Made by a program: the position numbers and the translations under genes. A DNA stretch of 64,000 bases from an uncultured delta proteobacterium (GTDB lineage: Bacteria > Desulfobacterota > Binatia > Binatales > Binataceae): contig CAVQAG010000013.1 in the NCBI GenBank assembly GCA_963710455.1, forward strand, positions 149,290 through 213,289, written 5' to 3'. Below, piece by piece: positions 10,281 to 20,766 of this stretch (within the stretch, counting starts at the first letter, position 1; every line of letters starts with the position of its first letter). Below the pieces are notes generated by a model that saw only the letters and a program-made list of their open reading frames with translations, made no database searches and was not told the DNA's origin.

Positions 10281-10305
10281 TTGACGAACCGTGGGGGAGG
10301 CGCAG

Positions 10306-10998
10306 ATGGACAACTTGCAGCCGCAGCACACCAACCGTCAGTACGAGGAGGAACTGCGCACCGTGCGCGGCGACCTGCTCAAGATGGGTGGGCTGGTCGA
10401 ACGTCAGATCGCCGAGGCGATAGAAGCGCTGGTCAATCGCGACACGGTCAAGGCGCGCGAGATCATTGCACGCGATGCCGAGGTCAACCGGCTCGACGTC
10501 GAGACCGACGAGCAGTGCATCCGCCTCCTTGCGCTGCATCAGCCGGCCGCCAGCGACCTTCGCTTCATCACCACCGGGCTCAAGATCACCACCGACCTCG
10601 AGCGGATCGGCGACAACGCCGTCAACATCTGCGAACGCGTGCTCGAACTCAACGAGGAGCCACAGCTCAAACCCTATCTCGACCTGCCGCGGATGGCGGC
10701 GGCGGCGCAATCGATGCTCAAGGACAGCCTCGACGCGTTCCTGCGCGACGACGTCGTGCTGGCCGAGGAAGTGATCGAGCGCGACGACGAAGTCGATCAG
10801 CTCAACTACCAGATGTATCGCGAGTTGCTCTCTTACATGGCCGAGGACCCGCATACCATCGGACGTGCTACCCGATTGCTGTTCATTTCCAAGTACCTCG
10901 AGCGGATTGCCGATCACGCAACCAACATTGCCGAGATGGTCGTCTTCATGGTGAAAGGACGAACCATCCGCCACATGGACAAAAAGAAACATGAATGA
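10306..10998 (+). CDS. phoU: phosphate signalling complex protein PhoU
   Basis: Two PhoU repeats (DLERIGDNAVNI and YLERIADHATNI). ATG 10306 has GGGGGAGG 5 nt upstream; the ORF-track start at 10291 is a GTG. Confidence 0.9.
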   Translation: MDNLQPQHTNRQYEEELRTVRGDLLKMGGLVERQIAEAIEALVNRDTVKAREIIARDAEVNRLDVETDEQCIRLLALHQPAASDLRFITTGLKITTDLERIGDNAVNICERVLELNEEPQLKPYLDLPRMAAAAQSMLKDSLDAFLRDDVVLAEEVIERDDEVDQLNYQMYRELLSYMAEDPHTIGRATRLLFISKYLERIADHATNIAEMVVFMVKGRTIRHMDKKKHE

Positions 10999-11731
10999 CG
11001 CCGCCGCCCAGACGCGTCCCGTTACCCGCCATCGCATCCTGCTGGTCGAGGACGAGCGCGACATCCGCGAACTGGTGCGCTACAGCCTCGAACAGGAAGG
11101 CTTTATCGTCGACGAGGCCGCCGACGCCGACACCGCGCTCGAACGCATCGGACGGCGCGCGCCGGACCTGATGGTGCTCGACGTGATGCTGCCCGGGATG
11201 TCGGGGCTGGAGCTGTGCCGGCGCATGCGTGCGCAGCCGCAAACCGCCACGATGCCCATCCTGATGCTCACCGCCAAGGGCGCCGAGGTCGACCGCGTGC
11301 TCGGGCTCGAGATGGGCGCAGACGATTACGTGGTCAAGCCGTTCAGCCCGCGCGAGGTGCTCGCCCGCATCCGCGCGCTGCTGCGCCGGGCGCGGCTGCT
11401 CAGCGACCCGGGCGAAACCGGCGGTTTCGAGCGCGGTCGGCTCAAGATGGACTTTGGTACTTACGAAGCGTTCATCGACGGCCGCCGGCTGGAGATGACT
11501 CTGCGGGAGTTCGAACTGCTGCGCTTCTTCGTGCAGCATCCGTTGCGTGTATATACTCGCGAGCAGCTGCTCGACCTGGTGTGGGGACGCGACACTTTCG
11601 TCGAGCCTCGCACGGTTGACGTTCACGTGCGCCGCCTGCGCCGCCATATCGAGCGCGACGACGCCAACCCGGAACTGATTTTGACCGTCCGTAGCGTTGG
11701 CTATCGCTTCAACCCGGAGACGCTTGGGTAA
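10991..11731 (+). CDS. phoB: OmpR/PhoB-family response regulator
   Basis: Receiver domain (ILLVEDE...DLMVLDVMLPGMSG...LTAKG) plus winged-helix output (TVDVHVRRLRRHIE...TVRSVGYRF). Sits between phoU and the kinase. Confidence 0.85.
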   Translation: MNDAAAQTRPVTRHRILLVEDERDIRELVRYSLEQEGFIVDEAADADTALERIGRRAPDLMVLDVMLPGMSGLELCRRMRAQPQTATMPILMLTAKGAEVDRVLGLEMGADDYVVKPFSPREVLARIRALLRRARLLSDPGETGGFERGRLKMDFGTYEAFIDGRRLEMTLREFELLRFFVQHPLRVYTREQLLDLVWGRDTFVEPRTVDVHVRRLRRHIERDDANPELILTVRSVGYRFNPETLG

Positions 11732-13163
11732 ATCGATCAAGCTCCGCCTCGCCGTGGCGGTGCTGCTCACGCTCGCACCGCCTGCCATCGTGCTTGGCAC
11801 GTCATTGGCGGCGGGGCGGCTTGCGTGGCCGTGGGCGATGGTCGCGCTCGGTGCCGGATTTATCCTCGGTACGCTCGCCACCTCGGCAATCGCCGAGGCG
11901 TGGACGCGCAGCGCGGAGCGCGTGGAAGAGGCCGCTGCGGCGCTCGAGGAGCGGCGCCCGCCCGCCCATCTGCATCACGAGGGTGCCGACGCGATGGGCC
12001 TGGCGGAGCATCGCCTGCTCGAAGTGGCTGACGCGGTCGCGCGTGAACTCGAAGTGCTGGCCGAACAACGCGACGAGTTCGAGGCCATCCTGCGAAGCAT
12101 GACCGAGGCGGTGGTGGTGACGGGGCGGCGCGGCGATGTCGTGCTGGTCAATGGGGCGGCGCGGGGCATGTTCGCGCTCGACGGCGACATCAACTACCGC
12201 GGCCGCGCGTTCGTCGAGCTGTGCCGTGACCCCCGCCTGCAGGATTTCGTCGCGCGCTCGATGAGCGCGGCGGCCGACAACGGGATGGTGAGTGCAGAGT
12301 TTCAGATTCAGAGCCCCGCGCCGCACTATCTCGCGGCCAACGCCGCACCCGTGCGTACCAACGCCGGCGCGGCGGCAGCCTGGGTGCTGGTCTTTCACGA
12401 CATCACGCAGCTCAAGTCCTACGAAACCGTGCGCGCGGATTTTATCGCCAACCTGACCCACGAAATTCGCACGCCCCTTAGCGCGCTCTGCGGCTACGCC
12501 GAAACCCTGGTCGCCGGGGTTGAAGATCGTGATACCCAGCGCCGTTTCCTGGGGATCATCGAGCGACAGTCGCGCCGTCTCGCCCGGCTCATCGACGACC
12601 TGATTACGCTCTCCGACCTCGAGCGCGGACTTTCACCGCTGAGAGCCGAGCCGCTCGAGATCAGGCGCGTGGCCGACGAAGCGGTGGAGCTGATGCGCGA
12701 GCGGGCCGAACGCCAGGGCGTCACGCTGGAGACGCGCTACGCCGACGACGTGGCACAGGTCGAGGGCGATCGCGATCGTCTAAACCAGGTGCTGATCAAC
12801 CTCATCGACAATGCGATCAAATATACGCCCCGCGACGGCCGCGTGACCGTTGAAGTGCGCCCTGCGCGTAACGCCGATGCGCCGAGCAAGGAGCCGCGCG
12901 ACGGCGTCGAGTTGGCGGTGGGAGACAGCGGCGAAGGCATCCCGGTGGCCGACATCCCGCGCCTCACGGAGCGGTTTTACCGGGTCGACCGGGCGCGCTC
13001 GCGCGAGCTCGGAGGGACCGGGCTGGGTCTCGCGATCGTCAAGCATATCGTGCAACTCCATCGCGGAGCGCTACGCATCGAGAGCCGGCTGCGTGAAGGC
13101 ACGACGGTAACTGTATGGCTTCCGGCGGCGCCCGCGGCCGCAAACTCATCGCGCGTGGCGTGA
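11697..13163 (+). CDS. phoR: PhoR-type sensor histidine kinase
   Basis: N-terminal TM segments, PAS-like segment, H-box FIANLTHEIRTPL, and N/G boxes (INLIDNAIKYT, DSGEGI, GGTGLGLAIVKH). TTG start overlapping the phoB end. Confidence 0.8.
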   Translation: MAIASTRRRLGKSIKLRLAVAVLLTLAPPAIVLGTSLAAGRLAWPWAMVALGAGFILGTLATSAIAEAWTRSAERVEEAAAALEERRPPAHLHHEGADAMGLAEHRLLEVADAVARELEVLAEQRDEFEAILRSMTEAVVVTGRRGDVVLVNGAARGMFALDGDINYRGRAFVELCRDPRLQDFVARSMSAAADNGMVSAEFQIQSPAPHYLAANAAPVRTNAGAAAAWVLVFHDITQLKSYETVRADFIANLTHEIRTPLSALCGYAETLVAGVEDRDTQRRFLGIIERQSRRLARLIDDLITLSDLERGLSPLRAEPLEIRRVADEAVELMRERAERQGVTLETRYADDVAQVEGDRDRLNQVLINLIDNAIKYTPRDGRVTVEVRPARNADAPSKEPRDGVELAVGDSGEGIPVADIPRLTERFYRVDRARSRELGGTGLGLAIVKHIVQLHRGALRIESRLREGTTVTVWLPAAPAAANSSRVA

Positions 13164-13229
13164 CCCCTCCGCGGGCGGCCGCGTCTTGCGGCGCTGCGTT
13201 CGATGTGAGAAATTTTTCAGTTCCGACGC

Positions 13230-13306
13230 GCGCCGTTAGCTCAGCGGATTAGAGCATCAGACTACGGATCTGAGGGTCGGGGGTTCAAATCCCTCACGGC
13301 GCGCCA
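13230..13306 (+). tRNA. tRNA-Arg (anticodon ACG), CCA encoded
   Basis: Hand-folded cloverleaf. Acceptor GCGCCGT/ACGGCGC. D-arm GCTCAGCGGATTAGAGC. Anticodon stem TCAGA/TCTGA with loop CTACGGA. T-arm GGGGG-TTCAAAT-CCCTC. Discriminator G plus CCA. Confidence 0.9.
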
Positions 13307-15412
13307 GGCTTTTCCCCGTAAAACTTGATGTTCGCAAGTTCCCGCCGGAGTGCGCTCCGAGACCGGGGAAGGGCGTCCTGGACTATACGCTAGGCGATGG
13401 TCTTGGCTTCGTACGTTCGCGAGATCGCATCGGCATATACGGATTTGCGCGCTTCTGAGACAAACAGGAGCGATGGGCGATGTGCCACCGTACCGATCCC
13501 TGAAAGACGACTAAGCCAAAAGGCCACCGGATCGAACGCCGGCAATAATAGCATCGGGGCGGGAAGATCATCCTCGTAAACCATCCAAATAAATATGGAG
13601 GCCCAAACTTTACCCTCGCGCACTTGCTGATGGCAAACGGAACGATGCGTATAAGATGCCGAGACGAACTGCGTCCTTTTTTTGGCAGTGTAAAATCTTG
13701 TGGCATTGTCCGCCTAGCTAAATATGCACCACTAGGAGCCTTGGCACGGATTAGCTTGCTCAGCGCGAACTGCTGCGTATGAACCGGGCTGGCGCATATA
13801 TTGCTCATACACAAATCATCCTACGTAGCCTGACACGCTGAAACATGGCTCTGCGCAGGGTACTTTTCGCTTCTCGGTTCGCAGAAGAAAGTAACCTAAT
13901 ACGGACCCGGGTAGGGGATAGGTACAGGTATGCCCCGAGGGGGGAAAGGGGCGTCCAATGGCAGAACCCGGGTCCGTAACTTCCATGTACCACTCGTACT
14001 CGCTCTCAAACAAATCGTTCGTAAACTCTGAGGGGGAAGAGGCTTGGATCGTGAGGCTCAAGCGAAGGCGTTACGCCTCCGCCTCTACGTGCTTTGCTCC
14101 GAGTGCGCGCGCCTAATTGATCTTGCCGAAGGCAATCGGCAACAGCGAGACGTTGAAGGGGTGGACTTGATTCGTCACGCTGCCGAGGAACATTCGGCCT
14201 GGCTGGAAGGGCTGGACATCCGTTCCTAGAGCGGCGTCGGCGACAATGGCGCGGGCCGCGATGGCGACAGCTCTACCAGAGTCAGCATCTCTTTAGGTTG
14301 ATGGCGGGCGACCCTGAGGCGATCAATCCTGCGAAGGTAACGGGCGGTCAAGCGATCGCGCGTGTCAAAGCGCAATCAGATGTCAGCTATGAACCACGCC
14401 GCTGCCAGTAACGTGACTGAGACAATGACCGTGAGGCCATGGTCGAGGAACCAGCGACGAAGTTTTCGTCGCCGCCTTGGTCGAACTGCACGTGGCATCG
14501 AGGGAAGTCAGGGGCTGCGTTGCCTGGTAGCGAGCGACCTGCGCGCAATAACAATCGCGCCGGTTTCTACGCCGCTTCCCGTTATGAACTGCGCAACACT
14601 CTCGGCCAGAGTGTCGTAATCAGCTCCGTCCGCTTCCCAGGCGCGCGTTCCGTTGGGCAAACCGAAGGCGGTCCAAAGCTTCACCTCCACCGACACCACA
14701 CGCCAGCGAAGCATCTGCAGAAAAGCCAAAATATCCTTCCGGCACGAGTCAAGATCCTTCGTAACGCCGGTAGATAAAGCAGCGGCTCCCGCCAATTTCC
14801 CCTCCACCCAGCGGCTCAGGTTTGAGTGGTTCCGCCCCTTGTGCCGATCGCAAAGCACCAACCCTAACCAAACAAACGGTTGGTGCATTCTGCTGACCAC
14901 AAGTTAACAGAACTTCGCTCATAGTCAAGCGTAAGAACGATTATTTCGCTATTTTTAGCCAGCAATCCAGCCGACACTCTCGGCGCCGTGGCTCCCGACG
15001 GAATGATGGAAGAATCGTGCGGTGCGACATCTCAAGCCTCGCCGTCAGCGCGCCTGCTCGCGCCTGAAAAGCTCGACTGCTCGCGTCACGCCGGTGGGAG
15101 AGTGGTTTTTGCCTCATCGACGCATTTGGTTGGCGGCACTGCATGCGCCAGACGCCGGCGGCGATTCGGATTTCCCGTTCTCTGGTTCGCCTGCTTGAGC
15201 TGGCGCTTGTAGTTGGTGCGCCATGCATCCGCAGCCTTCTCGCAGGCCTTCTCGGTTTGAAAGCCCATCTTAATCGTGCGCGATTGTGGTTCGGTTAAGA
15301 TTAGAGCCCAGCCCAACAGCATCAACGTGGCGACGCGACATGGCCTCATGCCCGCCGTTTAGCAGATGCGGCTCCAGGAGTGAAAGCGCCGGCATCGAGT
15401 ATTTTCAACTTC

Positions 15413-15877
15413 TCACTCGCTGAGTGTACGTCTCAGTTCGAACACTCCGAGGTCATCGATTCCGCCATTCATGTAGCAGGTGTATTCTCCTTCAGCGCTT
15501 GCCGGACGGAATCTGCGCATGAAGAAGACACACCAGCTCGTATCTTCTTCCGCGACCGTGAAGCCAGGCGCGGAAATCTGGCCGTGGACCCAGCCGCGAT
15601 GGACGTTGTTGCGACATATCGCGTTGTCCGGCGCGCATCGGTAGTCGCCTGAAAACTTGTTCCCCTGGCGTTTGATGGCGAAGGCGATTTTAGCCTTGGA
15701 TCCGTCTGCGCTGCTGGTGGAGGTCCCAACCCATACCCCGTTGAACTCACGCAACGGATCGGAGGCCTCCGGCGCGGGTGCTGAAGGGCGCGGTGCATCC
15801 GAGCCGCGCGCGCCATGAGTCGAGCACGAGCATACAGCCAGCGCCAGCAAGAGCCTGAGTATCATCACGCATCGCAT
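15413..15877 (-). CDS. hypothetical lipoprotein
   Basis: 154 aa. Signal peptide with lipobox-like LALAVCSC, and Cys-rich mature part. Lies in the lower-GC segment after the tRNA. Confidence 0.45.
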   Translation of the reverse strand: MRCVMILRLLLALAVCSCSTHGARGSDAPRPSAPAPEASDPLREFNGVWVGTSTSSADGSKAKIAFAIKRQGNKFSGDYRCAPDNAICRNNVHRGWVHGQISAPGFTVAEEDTSWCVFFMRRFRPASAEGEYTCYMNGGIDDLGVFELRRTLSE

Positions 15878-16091
15878 GACCGTTGTCCGCTCCGCGAAAA
15901 ATCACTTCGGGGCCCCGATGAACCAACCATTAAACGCGTAACGTCAACGGCAGAGTTCCGCAATTCGCGCTTTTAGCGGCCCGAGCCCACATGCGCTGGC
16001 GAGCGCCTTCCGTAAACACATCGGCATCCGTGAAATAATTGGACTCAAGGCGGCTGGGATGCTACCCACAATAGCGGTGGATGACCGGGTC

Positions 16092-16415
16092 ATGAGCGCC
16101 GAGCTTCAGCGACGCTTGCTTTGGAGCCTGATTCTCTTTCTTTTTCTTGCCGGCTGTTCGACGGCGGACCATGACGCCGCGAATTTCAGGCAAGCACAGA
16201 AGTTACGCCAGAACGCATTGCTCGCCGCCAAACAGGGCGATACCGCTGGCGCGCTCGAGGACATCGACCGCGTTCAGGTGCTGGAGCCGCTTTCGAGCAG
16301 ATCATCGGGATTGTGGCCGCCGCCCCTTCGTGCACCGGAACATCGCACCATCGCACCCGCTGCCGGTCAGACCACCTGCAACAATATCGGTATTAACCGA
16401 TTCTCCTGCTTCTAA
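16092..16415 (+). CDS. hypothetical lipoprotein
   Basis: MSAELQRRLLWSLILFLFLAGCS gives a good lipobox (LAGC). The C-terminal third looks less protein-like, so the 3' end may be wrong. Confidence 0.35.
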   Translation: MSAELQRRLLWSLILFLFLAGCSTADHDAANFRQAQKLRQNALLAAKQGDTAGALEDIDRVQVLEPLSSRSSGLWPPPLRAPEHRTIAPAAGQTTCNNIGINRFSCF

Positions 16416-16594
16416 TCTGCTGCACAGTCGGGTTTTTCGCGACGGCTCGCGTGGTCGCGGTTTCTCATGAATTCCGGATGCTGTGAAAAGATAGAACCGA
16501 GGTCTGGCAGACGCCGATTAGTTCGTGCGTCAGCGAGCAACCTACGCGAAAGGCAGGACAGGCGCGGGCAGGAAGCGGCGTGAGGCGGCGAACC

Positions 16595-16714
16595 TTACCA
16601 GGAGATGACGCTGGTCATAACGTACCATAGGCCGACGAGTCCCGCCGCCATGAACACGAACAACCAGATGTTCTCCCAAAAATGACCTTCATTGAAGGCG
16701 GTCTTTCTTCTCAT
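16595..16714 (-). CDS. possible 39-aa single-pass membrane peptide
   Basis: Hand translation MRRKTAFNEGHFWENIWLFVFMAAGLVGLWYVMTSVISW shows a clean hydrophobic helix. It is too short to appear in the ORF track. Weak GAGAGGA about 11 nt upstream. Confidence 0.25.
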   Translation of the reverse strand: MRRKTAFNEGHFWENIWLFVFMAAGLVGLWYVMTSVISW

Positions 16715-17499
16715 GTCCTGTGCGGTCCTCTCGTCCGAATTGCCTGCGCCCAATCGGTGCTATCCGCTGGATGCCATCTAAGCAGATTACATGCTTTTAG
16801 GCGGCGATGGCAGTCCTGCCACCGCCATCCTGACCCTGTCGAGGCCTGGCCGCCGCTACCGTCATCCAGCGGTGCGGTCACTTGTGTTACCAAGCCTCCC
16901 TTTTTGCTCGGTTGCGCGTGGCCGCGGGTTTTGTTGGCGTTTACCGTGCGAAGCGGTTTCTTCGCCGGATTGGTCTGATGAGGCTTCCTGGACCGCCGCA
17001 ACTACCGGGCTTTCAGTTTCACATAGGCCGGCAGGACGCCTGGTGAGTGCCTTGTATCTCGGCACGTTTTGGTCAACCGGCGGACGGTGGCGCGGCGTGA
17101 AGAAGTCCATGAAATTAGGTTGGCCCGGACGTCTGGATTGTGACTTGTAATTGCGAGGCGACGTGTCGGCCGCTATGCACAAGTCGTATTCCGCAACGTT
17201 TGACGTCTGCTCGGTTGAAATCGAGGTGGCGTCGCTCTCTTCGAGTTCCATCGTTGATTCGTCCACGATTGCAGCCTCCCTGGTTTGCTCTCAGGTTGGG
17301 TAGGTGAGCAAGCACGATGCCGTGAACGCATGGCCGCGGAACTCAGCATTCAGGCGGTGAAATCGAGCTGCGAATGCTCGGGTTTGTGCTCAGTCGGCCA
17401 GAGGTGAGACAGGACGATCGAGCGATGCGGGACAGGTGCGCGTTAGTGAGATTGCGGCCGGACCGCGATTCGAAACTGCGGCCCAGCCGCCGCGCGCCG

Positions 17500-18270
17500 C
17501 TACTGCGCGATCCATCCCCCATCGACCGCCATCGGCAGCCCGGTTACGAATGAGGACGCCTCCGAGCACAGCCATATCACTGCCTCTGCGATCTCCTCCG
17601 GCTTGCCCATCCTGCCTACCGGTTCGGCCGTCTCAAGGTCCTTCTCCGTGTATGTTTCGAGAGTGCTCGCGTCGAGCATCCGCGCCACCATCGGGGTCCG
17701 AATCACGCCCGGGCATACGGCGTTAACGCGGATGCCCTGTTGCGCGTACTCCAGCGCCGCGGTCTTGGTCATCATGACCACGCCGCCCTTGGATGCGTTG
17801 TAGGCGACCAATCCGCGAAAGCCGACCAATCCCGCCACCGACGCGGTATTCACAATCGCGCCGCCACCCTGCTTAAGCATCCGCGGGATCTCATGCTTCA
17901 TGCACAGCCACACGCCTTTGAGGTTGATCGCGATCACGCGATCGAAGTTCTCCTCGGTGCATTCGGCCGTGTGGGCCATGCGTCCCTCGATACCGGCGTT
18001 GTTGTGCGCGCAATCGAGCCGGCCCCAGGTCTCCACGATCTTGCTCACCATCGCCTCAACCTGCCTGCCGACCGAGACGTCAGCGTGGATGAAAATCGCT
18101 TCGCCGCCAGCCGCCGCAATCTCCTTGACGGTACGCTCACCGCCCTCGGGTGCGTAATCCGCCACCGCGACCTTCGCGCCCTCACGCGCAAAGGCTATTG
18201 CCGTCGCCCTGCCAATTCCCGATCCGCCGCCGGTGACCAGCGCGACCTTGCCTTTTAGGTTTGATGCCAT
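17500..18270 (-). CDS. short-chain dehydrogenase/reductase (SDR), glucose-1-dehydrogenase/FabG-like
   Basis: TGGGSGIG cofactor motif, NNAG, and catalytic YNASKGG. Confidence 0.9.
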   Translation of the reverse strand: MASNLKGKVALVTGGGSGIGRATAIAFAREGAKVAVADYAPEGGERTVKEIAAAGGEAIFIHADVSVGRQVEAMVSKIVETWGRLDCAHNNAGIEGRMAHTAECTEENFDRVIAINLKGVWLCMKHEIPRMLKQGGGAIVNTASVAGLVGFRGLVAYNASKGGVVMMTKTAALEYAQQGIRVNAVCPGVIRTPMVARMLDASTLETYTEKDLETAEPVGRMGKPEEIAEAVIWLCSEASSFVTGLPMAVDGGWIAQ

Positions 18271-18653
18271 CGGTCTGTGCCTCCCGTCTCTTCATCGCGC
18301 CTGCGGCCAGTTTAATCAAGGGCGACACGACAAAAGTCAGCCCAAGCCATCTTGGACAGCGCAAACAGAGGACTGAATATCTAAGGTTCTGACTGACAGA
18401 GCCGACTAAAGCGCAATAGGAGCCAGCTTATACGTTCAATGCGAAACTATTTACGTTTAATTGGCAAATTTAGCCGATTTAATGTGGAATCGCCTGATTA
18501 CATCTGTTACAAAGCTGTACTAGATGCTTAGACAAGCAAATAACACCTCTAAGTCATTTTCGCGGTTCTTTGGCTCCGGCTTCACTCCCATGATACCGGG
18601 CCGCGCACCTGAATCGATGCTTTCTGACAACTATTTTTGAGGGAGATACCAAG

Positions 18654-19070
18654 ATGTCCTGGCTTAAGAAGATTGCTTCTAAAATCAGCATGCATAGCGC
18701 CGAGCAGGCGGTAGAAGATGTCATGAACGCGGTCCCCACCGTGCAGTGCCTCACGGCAGAGCCGACCCCGGCCATCCCTGACGCTCAACAGAGCGAAAAA
18801 CCGGGACCGCGGCGCTACTTCATCAAAGCAGACATACTCAGCGGTGCAATCGCGCCTCCGAGTGCCAAGGCCGAACCAGTCTCGCCCGTTAAACCCGCCC
18901 AGGAGGACGAGAATTCGACGCATCAGCGCCGCTATTTTTCGAAAAACGGACAATGGATTGATAACGAAGAGGAGAGGGCGAACGCGGGAAAGATCGATAC
19001 CCAGGAGATAATCATCGACAAACGGCCGGTCGACCTGAAGACACTATTTCCCAAGCTGTCGCTCCGTTAG
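18654..19070 (+). CDS. hypothetical protein with internal RRYF(I/S)K repeat
   Basis: 138 aa. Strong RBS GAGGGAG upstream of the ATG. No recognisable domain. Preceded by a roughly 380-bp AT-rich spacer. Confidence 0.5.
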   Translation: MSWLKKIASKISMHSAEQAVEDVMNAVPTVQCLTAEPTPAIPDAQQSEKPGPRRYFIKADILSGAIAPPSAKAEPVSPVKPAQEDENSTHQRRYFSKNGQWIDNEEERANAGKIDTQEIIIDKRPVDLKTLFPKLSLR

Positions 19071-19210
19071 GCCGCTCCCGCAGGCGCTGGCCGCCCAAGC
19101 TGCGTGCCGCGCCCTTGACAGCCGGGGGCAAAATTACCAAACCAGATCGCAATACGATATCGTCGCCTTCGGACCGCGTGCTGCGGGCCGGGCAAGGAGG
19201 CCCTCTTACG

Positions 19211-20714
19211 ATGTCGAGCGATCATGTTACCGATCCCGCGGCGGTTCGCGCGCGACTGACTCATCCGGTGGTCGACTCGGACGGCCATTGGCTGGAATTC
19301 GGACCGGCCATCGGCGAGTACCTCGAGCGCGTCGCCGGACGCGGCGTGGTTGACGCCTTCAATTCGCGCAACGGACGGATCGTGCGCGATCTCGAGCTCA
19401 CCGTCGAGCAACGGCGCGACGCGCGCCGTCCCCAACAAGGTTGGTGGACCTTCCCGACCCGCAACACGCTCGACCGCGCGACCGCGATGGTCCCGCGTCT
19501 GCTCTATGAGCGCCTCGACGAGCTCGGACTGGACTTCTCCGTGCTCTATCCGACCACCGGCCTCGCCGTACCCTTCATCAGCAATGACGAGGTGCGCCGA
19601 GCGGCCTGCCGCGCGTTTAACACTTTCGCCGCCGAGCAATTCGCTCCATACGCGGACCGGCTGACGCCCGCGGCAGTGGTCCCGATGAACACGCCGGCCG
19701 AAGCGATCGACGAACTCGAGCACGTGGCGAAGACGCTCAAGCTCAAGGTCGTCGTGATGGGCAGTGTGATCAAGCTGGCCGGTTCCGGCCGCCGCGCGCC
19801 GCTCGCCTGAACTTGCGCGCTACGCGACCTGGTTCGACATGTTCGGGCTGGACAGCGCATACGACTACGATCCGGTGTGGGCGAAGTGCGTCGAGCTTGG
19901 AATCGCACCGACCTTTCATACCAGCGGCCGCGGCTATGGGATGCGCGTGTCGGTTTCGAACTTCACCTACAATCATATCGGGCATTTCGCGGTCTCGGCT
20001 GAGGCGGTGTGCAAAGCGCTGTTCCTGGGCGGCGTGACGCGGCGCTTTCCCAAGCTCAAGATGGCGTTTCTCGAAGGCGGCGTCGGATGGGCCTGTAATC
20101 TCTATGCTGACCTGATCGGGCACTGGAAAAAGCGCAACGCGCGCGCGCTTGCCGAAGTCGATCCGGTCAACCTTGACCGAGAACGCCTGGCGGAACTGTT
20201 CGGCCGCTACGCCGAGCCGCGATGGGTCGAGCAACTGAAGACCTGGACGCCGGAAGGCGAGGGCGGGATGCCCGCAATCCCGGGTGCCGGGCGCTACGAC
20301 GATTTTGCGGCGTGCGGAATCGAACGCGCGGAGGATATCCGCGATCTCTTCTGCAGAAACCTCTATTTCGGCTGCGAGGCGGACGATCCGATGAACGCAT
20401 GGGGCTTCAACGCGCGGGTCAACCCCTATGGCGCGAAGGTCAAGACGCTCTTCGGCTCCGACATCGGCCATTTCGACGTGGCTGACATGCGCGAGGTATT
20501 ACCCGAAGCGCATGAACTTGCCGATGAGGGATTGATCACGGAGCGGGACTTTCGCGATTTCGTGTTCACTAACCCGGTCGAGTTCTGGGGCGGGATGAAT
20601 CCGGAGTTCTTCAAGGGCACGCGAGTCGAAAAGGCGGCCGCTGCCGCATTGGCGGACGCGGACAAAGATCAGTCCGCGCCGCGCGCAGCCGAGCGAAAAT
20701 TTGGAACGCTCTGA
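19211..20714 (+). pseudogene. amidohydrolase-2 family hydrolase interrupted by a 1-nt frameshift near 19776-19781
   Basis: AAGGAGG sits 10 nt before ATG 19211. ORF 1 ends at 19810. The second frame is already open from 19770 and reads SSWPVPAAARRSPELARYATWFDMFGLDSAYDYDPVWAKCVELG. The span is 1504 nt, so removing one base gives exactly 501 codons. Confidence 0.7.
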
Positions 20715-20766
20715 ACTGGAGTGGCCGATAGCCAGCCTACTCCGATGCGGCCGTTTGAGACGTTTC

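Noticed and set aside
13741-13760. Sigma-54-like TGGCAC...TTGC element
   Set aside because: The spacer between TGGCAC and TTGC is 8 nt rather than the required 5 nt. There is no credible downstream gene on that strand.
17440-17500. Possible attR, i.e. a tRNA-Arg 3'-end duplicate closing the island (GATTCGAAACTGCGGCCCAGCCGCCGCGCGCC)
   Set aside because: It shares only a TTCRAA-like core and a terminal GCGCGCC with the tRNA 3' end (GGTTCAAATCCCTCACGGCGCGCCA). Identity is too low to call a direct repeat.
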